Assembly (NCBI GenBank): GCA_944323615.1
Contig: CALUTG010000005.1
Span: 8,264 to 72,263, forward strand
Reading direction: 5' to 3'
Length of the DNA stretch: 64,000 nucleotides
Source: Candidatus Gastranaerophilales bacterium
GTDB taxonomy: Bacteria > Cyanobacteriota > Vampirovibrionia > Gastranaerophilales > Gastranaerophilaceae
Shown: positions 27,317 to 37,335 of the stretch, piece by piece
How positions within the stretch are numbered: the first letter of the stretch is position 1
Layout: each line of letters opens with the position of its first letter
Notes under the pieces: model-generated
What the model was told of the DNA's origin: nothing
Seen by the model: only the letters and a program-made list of their open reading frames with translations
Database searches by the model: none
Translations under genes and position numbers: made by a program

Positions 27317-28438
27317 TTACCTTGTGTAAACTCTGGGCAGTCGGACTTTCAGACGGCATGTGAGTTCATAATTAATTGTTCCGAGAAGCTCCGCCCAGGT
27401 ATCAAGAGTCAAATCATCTTCGTTTAGAAGGGTTACAACATCACCAACTTCGGCTTCCGTCTCTCCAAGATCAAAAATCATTTGGTCCATTGTAATATTC
27501 CCGATTTGGCGGATTTTTTCTCCGTTAACCTCGCCCCAGATTTTGTTTGAAAGATTCCTTGAAACTCCGTCAGCATAACCGATAGGAATTGTTGCTGCTC
27601 TTGTAGATTCATAAGCCGTAAAGGTATGAGAATAACTTACACCTTCATTAGGTTTAACTTCATGTATATTAGTTATTCTTCCTTTAAGGCTCATTATTTG
27701 TTTGAGTTTCGGTTTATAGTTATATTTTTCCGGTAAATCCGGATAAAGCCCGTATAATGAAATACCTACTCTTACCACATTGGATTCTATATCGTAAGCA
27801 AAAGTTCCCGCAGTATTCTGGATATGCAAGAGAAGTCCTGTTGTATCAATTTTTTTAATAACGTAATTCCAGCGTCTGAATTGTTCTCGGGTCGGCTTTT
27901 CTTCTTCTGCTGAAGCTAAATGGGTAAATATACCTTCAAGTGTTAAATAGTCCGCTGCCTGAACCTCTTTTATATAATCAACGGCATCTTCATATCTAAC
28001 CCCGATTCTGTTCATGCCGGTATCTACTTTAACGTGAACTTTCGGTTTAAGACCTGTTCTTGCAAAAACTTCTTTGCAGGCTTTTAGGTGCGAGTCATTA
28101 AAGATTGAAAAAGCGATATCATTTTGAGCTGCAGATTCAACTGCCCATAAAGGAATAGCACCTACAACAAGAATAGGAGCTTTAATTTTTGCTGCTCTTA
28201 AATCCAAACCTTCATCCACAGATGATACACCAAAAGAGTCCACTCCTGATGCCAGCATTGTCTGGGCAAGCATTTGTGCACCATGTCCGTATGCGTCGGC
28301 TTTCACTACTGCCATCATTTTTTTACTATCAGGAATACCTTTTTTTATCTCTTGAATATTTTCTGCAAGATATTCAAGATTAATCTCGACCCAGGCATCT
28401 TTATGGATATTTATATTTGATTGTCTTATATTTTTCAT
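27317..28438 (-). CDS. alr: alanine racemase
   Basis: 373 aa. PLP-Lys motif AVVKADAYGHG. Confidence 0.92.
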   Translation of the reverse strand: MKNIRQSNINIHKDAWVEINLEYLAENIQEIKKGIPDSKKMMAVVKADAYGHGAQMLAQTMLASGVDSFGVSSVDEGLDLRAAKIKAPILVVGAIPLWAVESAAQNDIAFSIFNDSHLKACKEVFARTGLKPKVHVKVDTGMNRIGVRYEDAVDYIKEVQAADYLTLEGIFTHLASAEEEKPTREQFRRWNYVIKKIDTTGLLLHIQNTAGTFAYDIESNVVRVGISLYGLYPDLPEKYNYKPKLKQIMSLKGRITNIHEVKPNEGVSYSHTFTAYESTRAATIPIGYADGVSRNLSNKIWGEVNGEKIRQIGNITMDQMIFDLGETEAEVGDVVTLLNEDDLTLDTWAELLGTINYELTCRLKVRLPRVYTR

Positions 28439-28441
28439 TTT

Positions 28442-29746
28442 TTAAACCAGCTCTCCGTTTAAATACCAAGTTCTCGCTCCGGTTATTTTAACATTAACAA
28501 ACCCCCCTGTTATATCTTTATCATAAGGGACATGGACGATTTTATTATTTCTTGTTCTTCCTGTGATAACTTTTTTATCTTCTTCAAACTTTTCTACAAG
28601 AATTTCAATTTCTCGTCCTAAGTATTTTTGATTAGACTTGAGGCAGCAGGCTCTGTTATGTTCATTGAGTCTTGCAAGACGATCTGTTTTAATATCTTCC
28701 GGAATATACAAATCGACCCATTTTGCAGCAACAGTTTTTTCTCTCGGAGAATAAGCCGCTGTATTTGAATAATCCAGTTCAAGCTCGCTCATCGCTTTTA
28801 ACGTATTTTCAAACTGTTCTTCCGTCTCACCAGGGAATCCTGCAATAAAATCGCTTGTAATGGTTACATCAGGGATTCTGCTTCTTAAATTATCACAGAT
28901 TTTTTTGTATGTAGCGTAATCATATCTTCTGTTCATTTTTTTCAGAATATAATCATCTCCTGACTGCATCGGGATATGGAAATATTCACAAACTTTATCA
29001 AGTTCAATCACTGTATTAATTAATTCTTCCGTTATCTCAGTCGGGTAATTAGTGACAAATCTTATTCTAAATTTGCCGTCAAGAGCGTTAATTTGCCTTA
29101 AAAGCCAGGAAAGATTCTGCCCTTCTTCTCCTCCCTGATAACTGTCTACATTCTGCCCCAGAAGAGTAATCTCTTTAAACCCTTCCGAGAGAGCTTTTTT
29201 AACCTCACTCATGATAAGCTCAGGTTTTCTTGAACGTTCTCTGCCGCGAGTATACGGCACAATACAGTATGTACAAAAATTGTTGCACCCTTCCATAATA
29301 GGTATCCAAGCATTAACACTTTTTACCCTGTTAATTTTTATATCCGACTCTTCAAATGGGGTTTCATCAACAGAAACAACTCTTTCGCCAGTTTCTATTC
29401 TTTTAATGAGTTCCGGAAGCTCATACAATCTTTGAGTTCCAAGAACGAGATCGACATAAGGAGCCCTTTTTAATACATTTTCTCCTGCCTGCTGAGCTAC
29501 GCAGCCTGCAAAAACTATTTTTAAATCGGGTTTACTCTCTTTTTTCCATTTCCCCCAAACACCTATTGCGCTGTAGGCTTTATCTTCCGAAAGCTGCCTT
29601 ATTGAGCAGGTGTTGATTATCAATAAATCAGCTTCTTTTGGATTTTCAGTCTGGGTATAGTCAAGGCATTCCAGCATCCCGTACATTCTTTCAGCATCTG
29701 ACTTATTCATCTGACAGCCCAGAGTTTCTATATAAACTTTTTTCAT
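28442..29746 (-). CDS. miaB: tRNA-2-methylthio-N6-dimethylallyladenosine synthase (MiaB-type radical SAM methylthiotransferase)
   Basis: 434 aa. YIETLGCQMN start, radical SAM CNNFCTYC motif, C-terminal TRAM domain. Confidence 0.88.
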   Translation of the reverse strand: MKKVYIETLGCQMNKSDAERMYGMLECLDYTQTENPKEADLLIINTCSIRQLSEDKAYSAIGVWGKWKKESKPDLKIVFAGCVAQQAGENVLKRAPYVDLVLGTQRLYELPELIKRIETGERVVSVDETPFEESDIKINRVKSVNAWIPIMEGCNNFCTYCIVPYTRGRERSRKPELIMSEVKKALSEGFKEITLLGQNVDSYQGGEEGQNLSWLLRQINALDGKFRIRFVTNYPTEITEELINTVIELDKVCEYFHIPMQSGDDYILKKMNRRYDYATYKKICDNLRSRIPDVTITSDFIAGFPGETEEQFENTLKAMSELELDYSNTAAYSPREKTVAAKWVDLYIPEDIKTDRLARLNEHNRACCLKSNQKYLGREIEILVEKFEEDKKVITGRTRNNKIVHVPYDKDITGGFVNVKITGARTWYLNGELV

Positions 29747-29850
29747 ATTTCCCCTTCGTATTGTACCTGATTATTGTATTACAAACAAAGCGCAAAAAAT
29801 ATTTTCTTCTGTTTTATAATGAAAGTCATTATTAGATAGAAAGGAGCAAT

Positions 29851-30096
29851 ATGAACATATCAGCTATTACATTTATGGGTAAGCCTTCGGGGATTAAGCC
29901 GACAAATAATAGTAATATAAAAAAGATGTGGAAAGATGGATTACCGACAAATCGTTACAATACTTCTCAGGATAGAAAGGCACTAATGCAGGAAATTGAA
30001 TTTTACAAAGACCTTTTAAAAGAAAATCCGGGAAATTCAATTTATATGCAGGTTGTTGAAGAAGCTATTAAAGAGTTAAAGAAAATATCAAAATAG
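29851..30096 (+). CDS. hypothetical small protein (81 aa)
   Basis: AAGGAG Shine-Dalgarno. The N-terminus MNISAITFMGKP shares a motif with three other ORFs (see findings). Confidence 0.55.
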   Translation: MNISAITFMGKPSGIKPTNNSNIKKMWKDGLPTNRYNTSQDRKALMQEIEFYKDLLKENPGNSIYMQVVEEAIKELKKISK

Positions 30097-30097
30097 A

Positions 30098-31549
30098 TTA
30101 ATCCTTGATTTCTTTATAAGTAAGATTCGGATGTCTGGCCGCCAGAGTTTCATCAACTTTTTTGATAGGAGTTTTCTGCGGTGATTTTAAGACTTCTTCC
30201 GGATTAGATTTTATTTCTTCCGCAATTTTCAGCATTACATTAATAAAGTTATCAAGAACCTCTTTTGATTCTGATTCTGTCGGTTCAATCATAATCGCTT
30301 CATGTACAATGAGCGGGAAATAAACCGTAGGCGGATGAATATTGTCATCCATTAATCGTTTTGCAATGCCTAAAGTTGAAACACCTTCGTGGTGCTGCTT
30401 TTCTCCTGATAGGACAAACTCGTGCATGCAAGGTTCGTCATAAGGAAGCTCATATACACCTTTTAGTTTTTCTTTAATATAGTTAGCGTTCAACACAGCA
30501 TCAGCACTTGCAAGTTTGAGATTATCACCCATCATAAGAATATATGCGTATGCTCTTACAAGGATGCCGAAGTTTCCGTAAAAACTTCTAACTTTGCCGA
30601 TTGAGTGCTTAATATTATAGTTTCTGTAATATTTAGCTCCGTCAAATTCAATTACAGGGGACGGCAAACAATCTTTTAATTTTTCTATTACGCCGACAGG
30701 CCCTGCACCGGGACCACCGCCTCCGTGAGGAGTAGCAAATGTTTTGTGAAGGTTAAGGTGAACCACATCAAACCCCATTAAAGCAGGGTTTGTCCAGCCC
30801 ATAACAGCGTTAAAGTTTGCACCGTCATAATATAATAAAGAACCGTTATCGTGCATTAATTTGGAAATTTCAAGAACTTTTTCTTCAAAAATTCCCAGAG
30901 TATTAGGGTTGGTCATCATAATAGCGGCAATATTTTCATCAAGAAGAGACTTAAGGGCATCTATATCGACTTGCCCTCTTTCGTTTGACTTAACTTCAAT
31001 AATCTCAAATCCGCACATTTTGGCGCTCGCAGGGTTTGTGCCGTGGGCCGAATCGGGGATGATAACTTTAGTTCTGTTAGTTTCGCCTTTAACTTCAAAA
31101 TACTTTTTAATAATCATCATGCCGGTAAGTTCTCCGTGTGCTCCGGCTGCCGGCTGGAGCGTAACCGCGTCCATTCCGGTTATGTATTTTAATTTTTCCT
31201 GAAGATTATACATTAATTCAAGTGCACCCTGGGAATCTTCGTCGGACTGAAGCGGGTGAAGATTAGCAAATCCCTCCAGAGAAGCTAACAGTTCATTGAC
31301 TTTCGGGTTATATTTCATCGTGCATGAACCCAGAGGATAGAATCCCTTTTCTATGCAGAAATTTCTGTCCGAAAGAGCTTTATAATGTCTTAGAACTTCA
31401 AGTTCGCTTAATTGCGGAAGTCCTATAGAACCTTCTCTTAGTAATTCTTTCGGGATGCAGCTCTTCGGTTTTATTTCACTATTTACCCCTACATTTACCC
31501 CTATCCCTATGCCGTCAGCGCCGTTTGATTTTTCAAATATTGTCTTCAT
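30098..31549 (-). CDS. gcvPB: glycine dehydrogenase (aminomethyl-transferring) subunit 2
   Basis: 483 aa. PLGSCTMKYNP, and the PLP-Lys context HLNLHKTF. Confidence 0.93.
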   Translation of the reverse strand: MKTIFEKSNGADGIGIGVNVGVNSEIKPKSCIPKELLREGSIGLPQLSELEVLRHYKALSDRNFCIEKGFYPLGSCTMKYNPKVNELLASLEGFANLHPLQSDEDSQGALELMYNLQEKLKYITGMDAVTLQPAAGAHGELTGMMIIKKYFEVKGETNRTKVIIPDSAHGTNPASAKMCGFEIIEVKSNERGQVDIDALKSLLDENIAAIMMTNPNTLGIFEEKVLEISKLMHDNGSLLYYDGANFNAVMGWTNPALMGFDVVHLNLHKTFATPHGGGGPGAGPVGVIEKLKDCLPSPVIEFDGAKYYRNYNIKHSIGKVRSFYGNFGILVRAYAYILMMGDNLKLASADAVLNANYIKEKLKGVYELPYDEPCMHEFVLSGEKQHHEGVSTLGIAKRLMDDNIHPPTVYFPLIVHEAIMIEPTESESKEVLDNFINVMLKIAEEIKSNPEEVLKSPQKTPIKKVDETLAARHPNLTYKEIKD

Positions 31550-32207
31550 CTAATTCTTCCTGTTTTAACAATTCTTTCTTGATTTTATCGAGTGCATTTT
31601 GAATAATTCTGGAGATTCTCGACTGAGAAATATCAAACTCTGCCGAGATATCTTTTAGTTTTTTATCATAGAAATACTTTGCTTCGATTAAATCTTGTTC
31701 ACGCTGCGAAAGCTTTTTCATAGCTTCATTAACGCGTCTTTTAAGTTCGACAATTTCGGCCTTTTCTTCCGGGGTTCTGGAATGATCCTTAATAATAGTA
31801 GGATTTTCAGCATCAGCCATCTCTTCTATTGAAAGAATGGTTTTATAAACAGCATCTTTAATTTTTTCCTGCTCGGTTGATTCCTGATTCTTCATAACAT
31901 ACCATTTATACCTTCGGCGCATTTCGTTTCTGATAGCCCACTTAATAGCCTTTGTAAGGTATGCCGTGTTGTATAAATCAGGTGATTTAGAGTTATTAAC
32001 AAGATAATAGACCGTATAGTTTGCAAGATTTATAACCTCGCTAAGCTCAATAAGTCCAAGGTTTGCGAATTTTTTAAACTCGACTTTGGATATAGTTTCG
32101 ATTAAATCTTTATACTGAGAAAGATTAATCCTTCCTTCCCTCTCTTTGTTAATGGTCTCCAAATCTTTCATATAATATAATATATCAGAAACTGTATTGA
32201 TTATCAA
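31533..32207 (-). CDS. RNA polymerase sigma factor, sigma-70 family (group 3 / FliA-SigF-like)
   Basis: 224 aa. Region 4 reads LSQREQDLIEAKYFYDKKLKDISAEFDISQSRISRIIQNALDKIKK. Its TGA stop overlaps the gcvPB start by 17 nt. Confidence 0.8.
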   Translation of the reverse strand: MIINTVSDILYYMKDLETINKEREGRINLSQYKDLIETISKVEFKKFANLGLIELSEVINLANYTVYYLVNNSKSPDLYNTAYLTKAIKWAIRNEMRRRYKWYVMKNQESTEQEKIKDAVYKTILSIEEMADAENPTIIKDHSRTPEEKAEIVELKRRVNEAMKKLSQREQDLIEAKYFYDKKLKDISAEFDISQSRISRIIQNALDKIKKELLKQEELDEDNI

Positions 32208-32274
32208 ATGGTTTTAAATTTACTTTCATATTAAAGCATGTTACAATATCAAGAAAAGAAGAGGTTACTATAAG

Positions 32275-32790
32275 ATGAGAAGTTTTAGATATATTAAATC
32301 TGCGGCACTTGTTTTATTATGCGCTGCAGCCCTTACAACAAGCAGCATTTGTACTGACGGCGTAATTGCTGCTCCTACTGCTGCCGTAAAACCAGCACCG
32401 CCGGCAGCTGTTCAACTGGATACAATGAATGTCAGACCGCTTGACGTGGTTAATTCTCCTAAACTTTACTTAAATAAAACAATTACAATGAATGCGAAGT
32501 TTGATAAGTTTTCTACACTGGGGCTTGATTACAAACCGGCATTTAAGTCTTCAGAAGATTATATTTCGTTTTTAATTAAAAGAGATGATACAAATTACGA
32601 TATTCCGTTGTCAGAAATGAAACTTTTCCTGAAAAGAGAGGAAGCAGAGAAATTTATAGAGCTTAAAACAGATGATGAAATCTCTATAACCGGGGTAATG
32701 TTTTCTGACGCTTTAGGCGATGCTTGGGTTGATGTAAAAAGTTTGACAGTGGTAAAAAAAGCACCGGAAAAGAAGGACGGAGTTAATTAA
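32275..32790 (+). CDS. secreted hypothetical protein
   Basis: 171 aa. Signal peptide followed by an Ala/Pro linker. Lies 2 nt upstream of the GH57 gene. Confidence 0.65.
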   Translation: MRSFRYIKSAALVLLCAAALTTSSICTDGVIAAPTAAVKPAPPAAVQLDTMNVRPLDVVNSPKLYLNKTITMNAKFDKFSTLGLDYKPAFKSSEDYISFLIKRDDTNYDIPLSEMKLFLKREEAEKFIELKTDDEISITGVMFSDALGDAWVDVKSLTVVKKAPEKKDGVN

Positions 32791-32792
32791 TA

Positions 32793-35294
32793 ATGAATGA
32801 ACAGCTTGAAAAAGATAAGAATAAGGTATTTTTAACAATTCACGGCCATTTTTACCAGCCTCCGAGAGAAAATCCTTGGCTGGAAGCTATTGAACAGCAA
32901 GACAGTGCTCTTCCTTTCCATGACTGGAACGAAAGAATCAATGCTGAATGTTATAATCCTAATTCTGTCTCTAAGATTGTTGATTCAAAAAACAAAATTT
33001 TAAATGTAGTAAATAACTATGAATACATAAGCTACAACTTTGGTCCTACCCTTTTGTCCTGGATGGAAGAGTTTGCGCCGTTAGCTTATGAAAGAGTCAT
33101 TAAGGCGGACATAAACAGCCGAAAACTTCATGGCGGGCATGGAAATGCTATTGCTCAGGTTTATAACCACATGATTATGCCGCTTGCTAATGAGCGGGAT
33201 AAACAAACTCAGGTTAAGTGGGGGAAAAAGGATTTTGAATACCGTTTTGGAAGAGAACCGGAAGGTATGTGGCTTGCTGAAACTGCGGTTGATGATGATA
33301 CTTTAAGAGTTCTTGTAGAAAACGGTATCAAGTTTACAATTCTTTCTCCTTATCAGGCTCAAAGAATAAGAAAAGAAGGCGAAGAAAACTGGCAGGACGT
33401 AAGCTGGGGAAATATTGATCCAGCTCGTTCCTACAGATACTATATAAAATCTGCTCCGGGTAAGTATATTGACTTATTTTTCTATGATGGTGCTATTTCT
33501 AAATCAGTAGCTTTTGATGAGCTCTTAAAAGACGGAAATAAGTTCGTAAGCCGTCTCAAGGACGGTATTTCCACTTTAAGAAATTATCCACAGCTTGTTA
33601 ATATTGCAACAGACGGCGAAAGCTACGGACATCACACAAAATTCGGCGACATGGCTCTTGCCTATGCTTTGAAGTTAAAGGTTAAAGATGCAGGCTTTAT
33701 AGTAACAAATTATGCCGAATATCTGGAAAAATACAGAAGCAATTGGGAAGTCGAAATAAAACCGGTTTCTTCTTGGAGCTGTTTTCATGGTGTAGGCAGA
33801 TGGTGCGAGGATTGCGGCTGCTCCACAGGCGGACATCCGGGCTGGAACCAAAAGTGGAGAAAACCGTTAAGAGATGCTCTTGATTATTTAAGAGATGAAA
33901 CAATCGCTATTTATAAAAAATTCGGCAAAAAATTCTTTATAAATCCGGAAGAAGCAAGAAATAATTATATAAGCGTTATTCTGGACAGAAGCGACACAAG
34001 TGTTAAGAACTTTCAGGATGAGTATTTTATTCCTGAACTTGACGAGGAACAAAGAATTCTTGCGATGAAACTCCTTGAAATTCAAAGAGAAGCCATGCTT
34101 ATGTACACAAGCTGCGGATGGTTCTTCTCGGAGATTTCCGGAATTGAAACTGTTCAGATTATGAAGTACGCTGCACGTGTAATGCAGCTGGCTAAAGACT
34201 TTGTAAAAAAAGATCTTGAAACACATTTCTTAGAAATTTTATCCGAAGCGAGAAGCAACCTTCCTGAATTCGGTTCAGGCAAAGATGTTTTTGAAAGATT
34301 TGTAAAACCTTCAGTTGTTACGGCAAAACAAATTGTCAGTCTCTGGGCGATTTCATCTCTTTATACTGAAATTGAAGATGAAGAAAACGTTTACTGCTAC
34401 AAGATTAAAAAACATTCATATAAACGGGTTGTTAAGGGTAACACCCAGCTTGTAATAGGACATATAGAGGTTCAATCAAAAGTAACTCTTGAAAAAGCAA
34501 ATATGGTGTTTACACTTCTGCAATTCTCAGGCGGAGACTTCCACTGTGCAATTAAAGAATACACGGAAAGCTTTACCGAAACGAGAAAAGAACTTATAAG
34601 AACTTATCTAGTTTCTCCTTTGACAGAAATAATAAGAGCTATTGACAGCTATTTTGGCAAAGAATACTTTACTCTTAAAGATATCTTTATCGAAGAGAGA
34701 AGAAAAATTCTTCAAACAATGCTCAAAGGCAGACTTCAAAACTTTGCCAATACATATGAATCTATGTATAACGAAGGTAAAGGTTCTATTTACCAGATGC
34801 AGACACTCGGGCTTGAAATTCCTAATGAGTTTAAAATTTCTGCCCAATACGTTCTTACTAAACAATTTAATGATTTGTTTGTGGAATCAAAAGGTTTCTT
34901 GAGCAGCGATATTCTCCAGCAGGCATCCGATATTCTGTTTGAAGCAAAAAGAATCGGCATAGAAATTGATAAAACTCCTACAGCAAAAATTTTCAGTAAA
35001 AAGATTGCTCAGAATGTCGGAAGACTTGCCTACGCTCTTGATATTCAGCAGGTTGATGCAACTCTGGAACTTCTTGATTGCATAGGAAAACTTGAATTGA
35101 GTATTGATATCGGAGAAGCTCAAAGCTACTTCTTTACTAAAATTGTAACCAATATTAATGAACTAATAAGTACAATGAGCTGCGCTGCTGACAGAGAACT
35201 CATCACAATGTTGTTTGAAATCGGTGAAAATCTAAATATTAATATGGATTACTATAAGCAGCAGTTCGATAAGGCGCTCGTAAGCAAGAAGTAA
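32793..35294 (+). CDS. glycoside hydrolase family 57 protein with a long C-terminal (DUF3536-like) domain
   Basis: 833 aa. HGHFYQPPRENPW start, GMWLAETAV and ATDGESYGHH catalytic-region motifs. Confidence 0.85.
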   Translation: MNEQLEKDKNKVFLTIHGHFYQPPRENPWLEAIEQQDSALPFHDWNERINAECYNPNSVSKIVDSKNKILNVVNNYEYISYNFGPTLLSWMEEFAPLAYERVIKADINSRKLHGGHGNAIAQVYNHMIMPLANERDKQTQVKWGKKDFEYRFGREPEGMWLAETAVDDDTLRVLVENGIKFTILSPYQAQRIRKEGEENWQDVSWGNIDPARSYRYYIKSAPGKYIDLFFYDGAISKSVAFDELLKDGNKFVSRLKDGISTLRNYPQLVNIATDGESYGHHTKFGDMALAYALKLKVKDAGFIVTNYAEYLEKYRSNWEVEIKPVSSWSCFHGVGRWCEDCGCSTGGHPGWNQKWRKPLRDALDYLRDETIAIYKKFGKKFFINPEEARNNYISVILDRSDTSVKNFQDEYFIPELDEEQRILAMKLLEIQREAMLMYTSCGWFFSEISGIETVQIMKYAARVMQLAKDFVKKDLETHFLEILSEARSNLPEFGSGKDVFERFVKPSVVTAKQIVSLWAISSLYTEIEDEENVYCYKIKKHSYKRVVKGNTQLVIGHIEVQSKVTLEKANMVFTLLQFSGGDFHCAIKEYTESFTETRKELIRTYLVSPLTEIIRAIDSYFGKEYFTLKDIFIEERRKILQTMLKGRLQNFANTYESMYNEGKGSIYQMQTLGLEIPNEFKISAQYVLTKQFNDLFVESKGFLSSDILQQASDILFEAKRIGIEIDKTPTAKIFSKKIAQNVGRLAYALDIQQVDATLELLDCIGKLELSIDIGEAQSYFFTKIVTNINELISTMSCAADRELITMLFEIGENLNINMDYYKQQFDKALVSKK

Positions 35295-35297
35295 TCT

Positions 35298-35957
35298 ATG
35301 AATAAGCTGGGAATTGATGAAAGCTGGATAAAAGGCGGATTGGATATTGATTTAATAGAAAATATCCTGGCTTTTATTGCCGAAAAACGTAAATCCAGAG
35401 AAATTTTGCCGTCTCAGGATAATGTTTTAAACTCGCTAAAACTTACCAGTCTGGATAATGTAAAAGTCTTGATTATAGGACAGGATCCGTATCCATCAAG
35501 CGAGCACGCCCATGGGCTTGCTTTTTCCAGTTTGTCAAATAAAACTCCGGCTTCTTTAAAAAATATTTTTAAAAAACTTGAACAGGATTTTCCAGGAACA
35601 AAACATAATTCAAATACGCTTACGGGGTGGGTAAAACAGGGCGTCTTGCTTTTAAATACATCTCTGACATTCGAGGATAAAGACCCTAAAATTCTTAAAG
35701 AACATACAAAGCTCTGGAAACCTGTAATAGATAATATCTATCAGGTTTTAATAAATAGAGGAAAAACTTTAATAGTTTTCAGATGGGGCTCTCATGCCAT
35801 TAAATCCGGCGAAGTCTTTGAAGGGAAGAAGCATATCTATGTAATGGATACAACTCATCCTTCCCCTTTATCTGCACACAGAGGATTTATGGAATCCGGT
35901 CATTTTATTAAATGTAACGAAATCCTCGGAGATGATAGAATAGATTGGTCTACTTAG
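35298..35957 (+). CDS. ung: uracil-DNA glycosylase (family 1)
   Basis: 219 aa. GQDPYP, GVLLLN, HPSPLSA. Confidence 0.9.
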   Translation: MNKLGIDESWIKGGLDIDLIENILAFIAEKRKSREILPSQDNVLNSLKLTSLDNVKVLIIGQDPYPSSEHAHGLAFSSLSNKTPASLKNIFKKLEQDFPGTKHNSNTLTGWVKQGVLLLNTSLTFEDKDPKILKEHTKLWKPVIDNIYQVLINRGKTLIVFRWGSHAIKSGEVFEGKKHIYVMDTTHPSPLSAHRGFMESGHFIKCNEILGDDRIDWST

Positions 35958-37323
35958 ATATGTAAAAGCATTTAGTATAAATTCCTGTTTCATCAAGTGT
36001 GGAATAACCATCAAGAATTTTTTGCGCTTCGGGATGAACAACGACAAGATACTTTCCGGACGGAAGTTTTGAAAATTCTTCTTTGCAGGCATCCGGATTC
36101 AGCCTGCAGTCATCTTGCAATGAAATTACAGGGTTAGATAGTTTTTCTATCTTAATATAATAAAGATAATCTGCAGGATAGTCTGCTAATATAATTTTTT
36201 CAGATACAGAATAAGTTTTTTTAATATACTTTACTATATCGCGTGACGATGAGTTAAAAACCCATGGGTTTATCACGTAATAAATAGAGATTACAAGGCT
36301 GGCAAAACAAATAATAGATAAAAATATTGGCTTAAATCTGATTGTAATACTTCCCAGCATATAACAGATTAACGGAAAGAGAAATAATATTAATCTGGCC
36401 GGAACAGGATAAAGCTTTAACATTGAAGCTGCTATAGTTATTGCTACCGGTAAGAAAATATATAATTTAAATAACCGGTCTTTTTTAGAAGTTAGAAAAA
36501 CTATCCAGCTAAAAACCACTATTCCGCCGACAATGAAAGCTATCACCTTATAATATGTCCAATATTCAGCGAATCTTAACAATATGCGGAGAGGATGCAT
36601 AATGTCAAGAAATGCATACCCTCCTTTCCAAAAAATTTCCATTCCGCCATAGTTTACATTCATAACTTTAGAAAGGTTTGTTAAATAAAAAAGCAGAACG
36701 CTTAAAATATATGGGCATATAACTATAAAAAATTTCTTGAACTGTTTGCTTATCAACATTATCAGAAAAATAGAACCGGAGATAAAAAACGATGATAAAG
36801 AGAACCAGGGAGAAAATATCATAAATATTGTTGCCGGTAAAAGCTGCTTGTTTCTGAAAATTACTCTATAAAATAATGTTAGTAAAATTATAGAGTAAAG
36901 GAGTTCTAATGAATATTGTTTAATTTGGGCCGAATATAAAATTGTTACCGGAGAGAATGTAAAAATAAACAGCGAAAAAATGATAACAGAACGTTTTTGG
37001 GTAATATTCTTTAAAAAATAGTAGAATGCCGGAATGGCAGTAATTCCGCATAAAAATGGCAGAAATCGGAGAGATAGTGCAAAAGCGGTATCGTTTAGCG
37101 GATTAAACAGATTAAGAAAGAACTTTTCCAGTATAAGAAAAAATGGCGGTGCAACCTGCATCCATTTCAAACCGCCGAATAAGTCTTTGTATGACATATC
37201 AAGAATGTTTACGGCTAGTCTTGCCTCATCAGCCCATACCGGAAGGGCTTTAAAATAAAAGCAAAGTCTTATAATAATTCCAAAAACAAAAATTAGTCCT
37301 AAATAAAGATTAAACTTTTTCAT
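35950..37323 (-). CDS. polytopic membrane glycosyltransferase, GT39/ArnT-like
   Basis: 457 aa with about 10 or more hydrophobic spans. The early WADEARLA loop resembles the GT-C DE/DD motif region. Its 3' end overlaps the 3' end of ung by 8 nt. Confidence 0.55.
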   Translation of the reverse strand: MKKFNLYLGLIFVFGIIIRLCFYFKALPVWADEARLAVNILDMSYKDLFGGLKWMQVAPPFFLILEKFFLNLFNPLNDTAFALSLRFLPFLCGITAIPAFYYFLKNITQKRSVIIFSLFIFTFSPVTILYSAQIKQYSLELLYSIILLTLFYRVIFRNKQLLPATIFMIFSPWFSLSSFFISGSIFLIMLISKQFKKFFIVICPYILSVLLFYLTNLSKVMNVNYGGMEIFWKGGYAFLDIMHPLRILLRFAEYWTYYKVIAFIVGGIVVFSWIVFLTSKKDRLFKLYIFLPVAITIAASMLKLYPVPARLILFLFPLICYMLGSITIRFKPIFLSIICFASLVISIYYVINPWVFNSSSRDIVKYIKKTYSVSEKIILADYPADYLYYIKIEKLSNPVISLQDDCRLNPDACKEEFSKLPSGKYLVVVHPEAQKILDGYSTLDETGIYTKCFYISK

Positions 37324-37335
37324 TTCTATATATTA

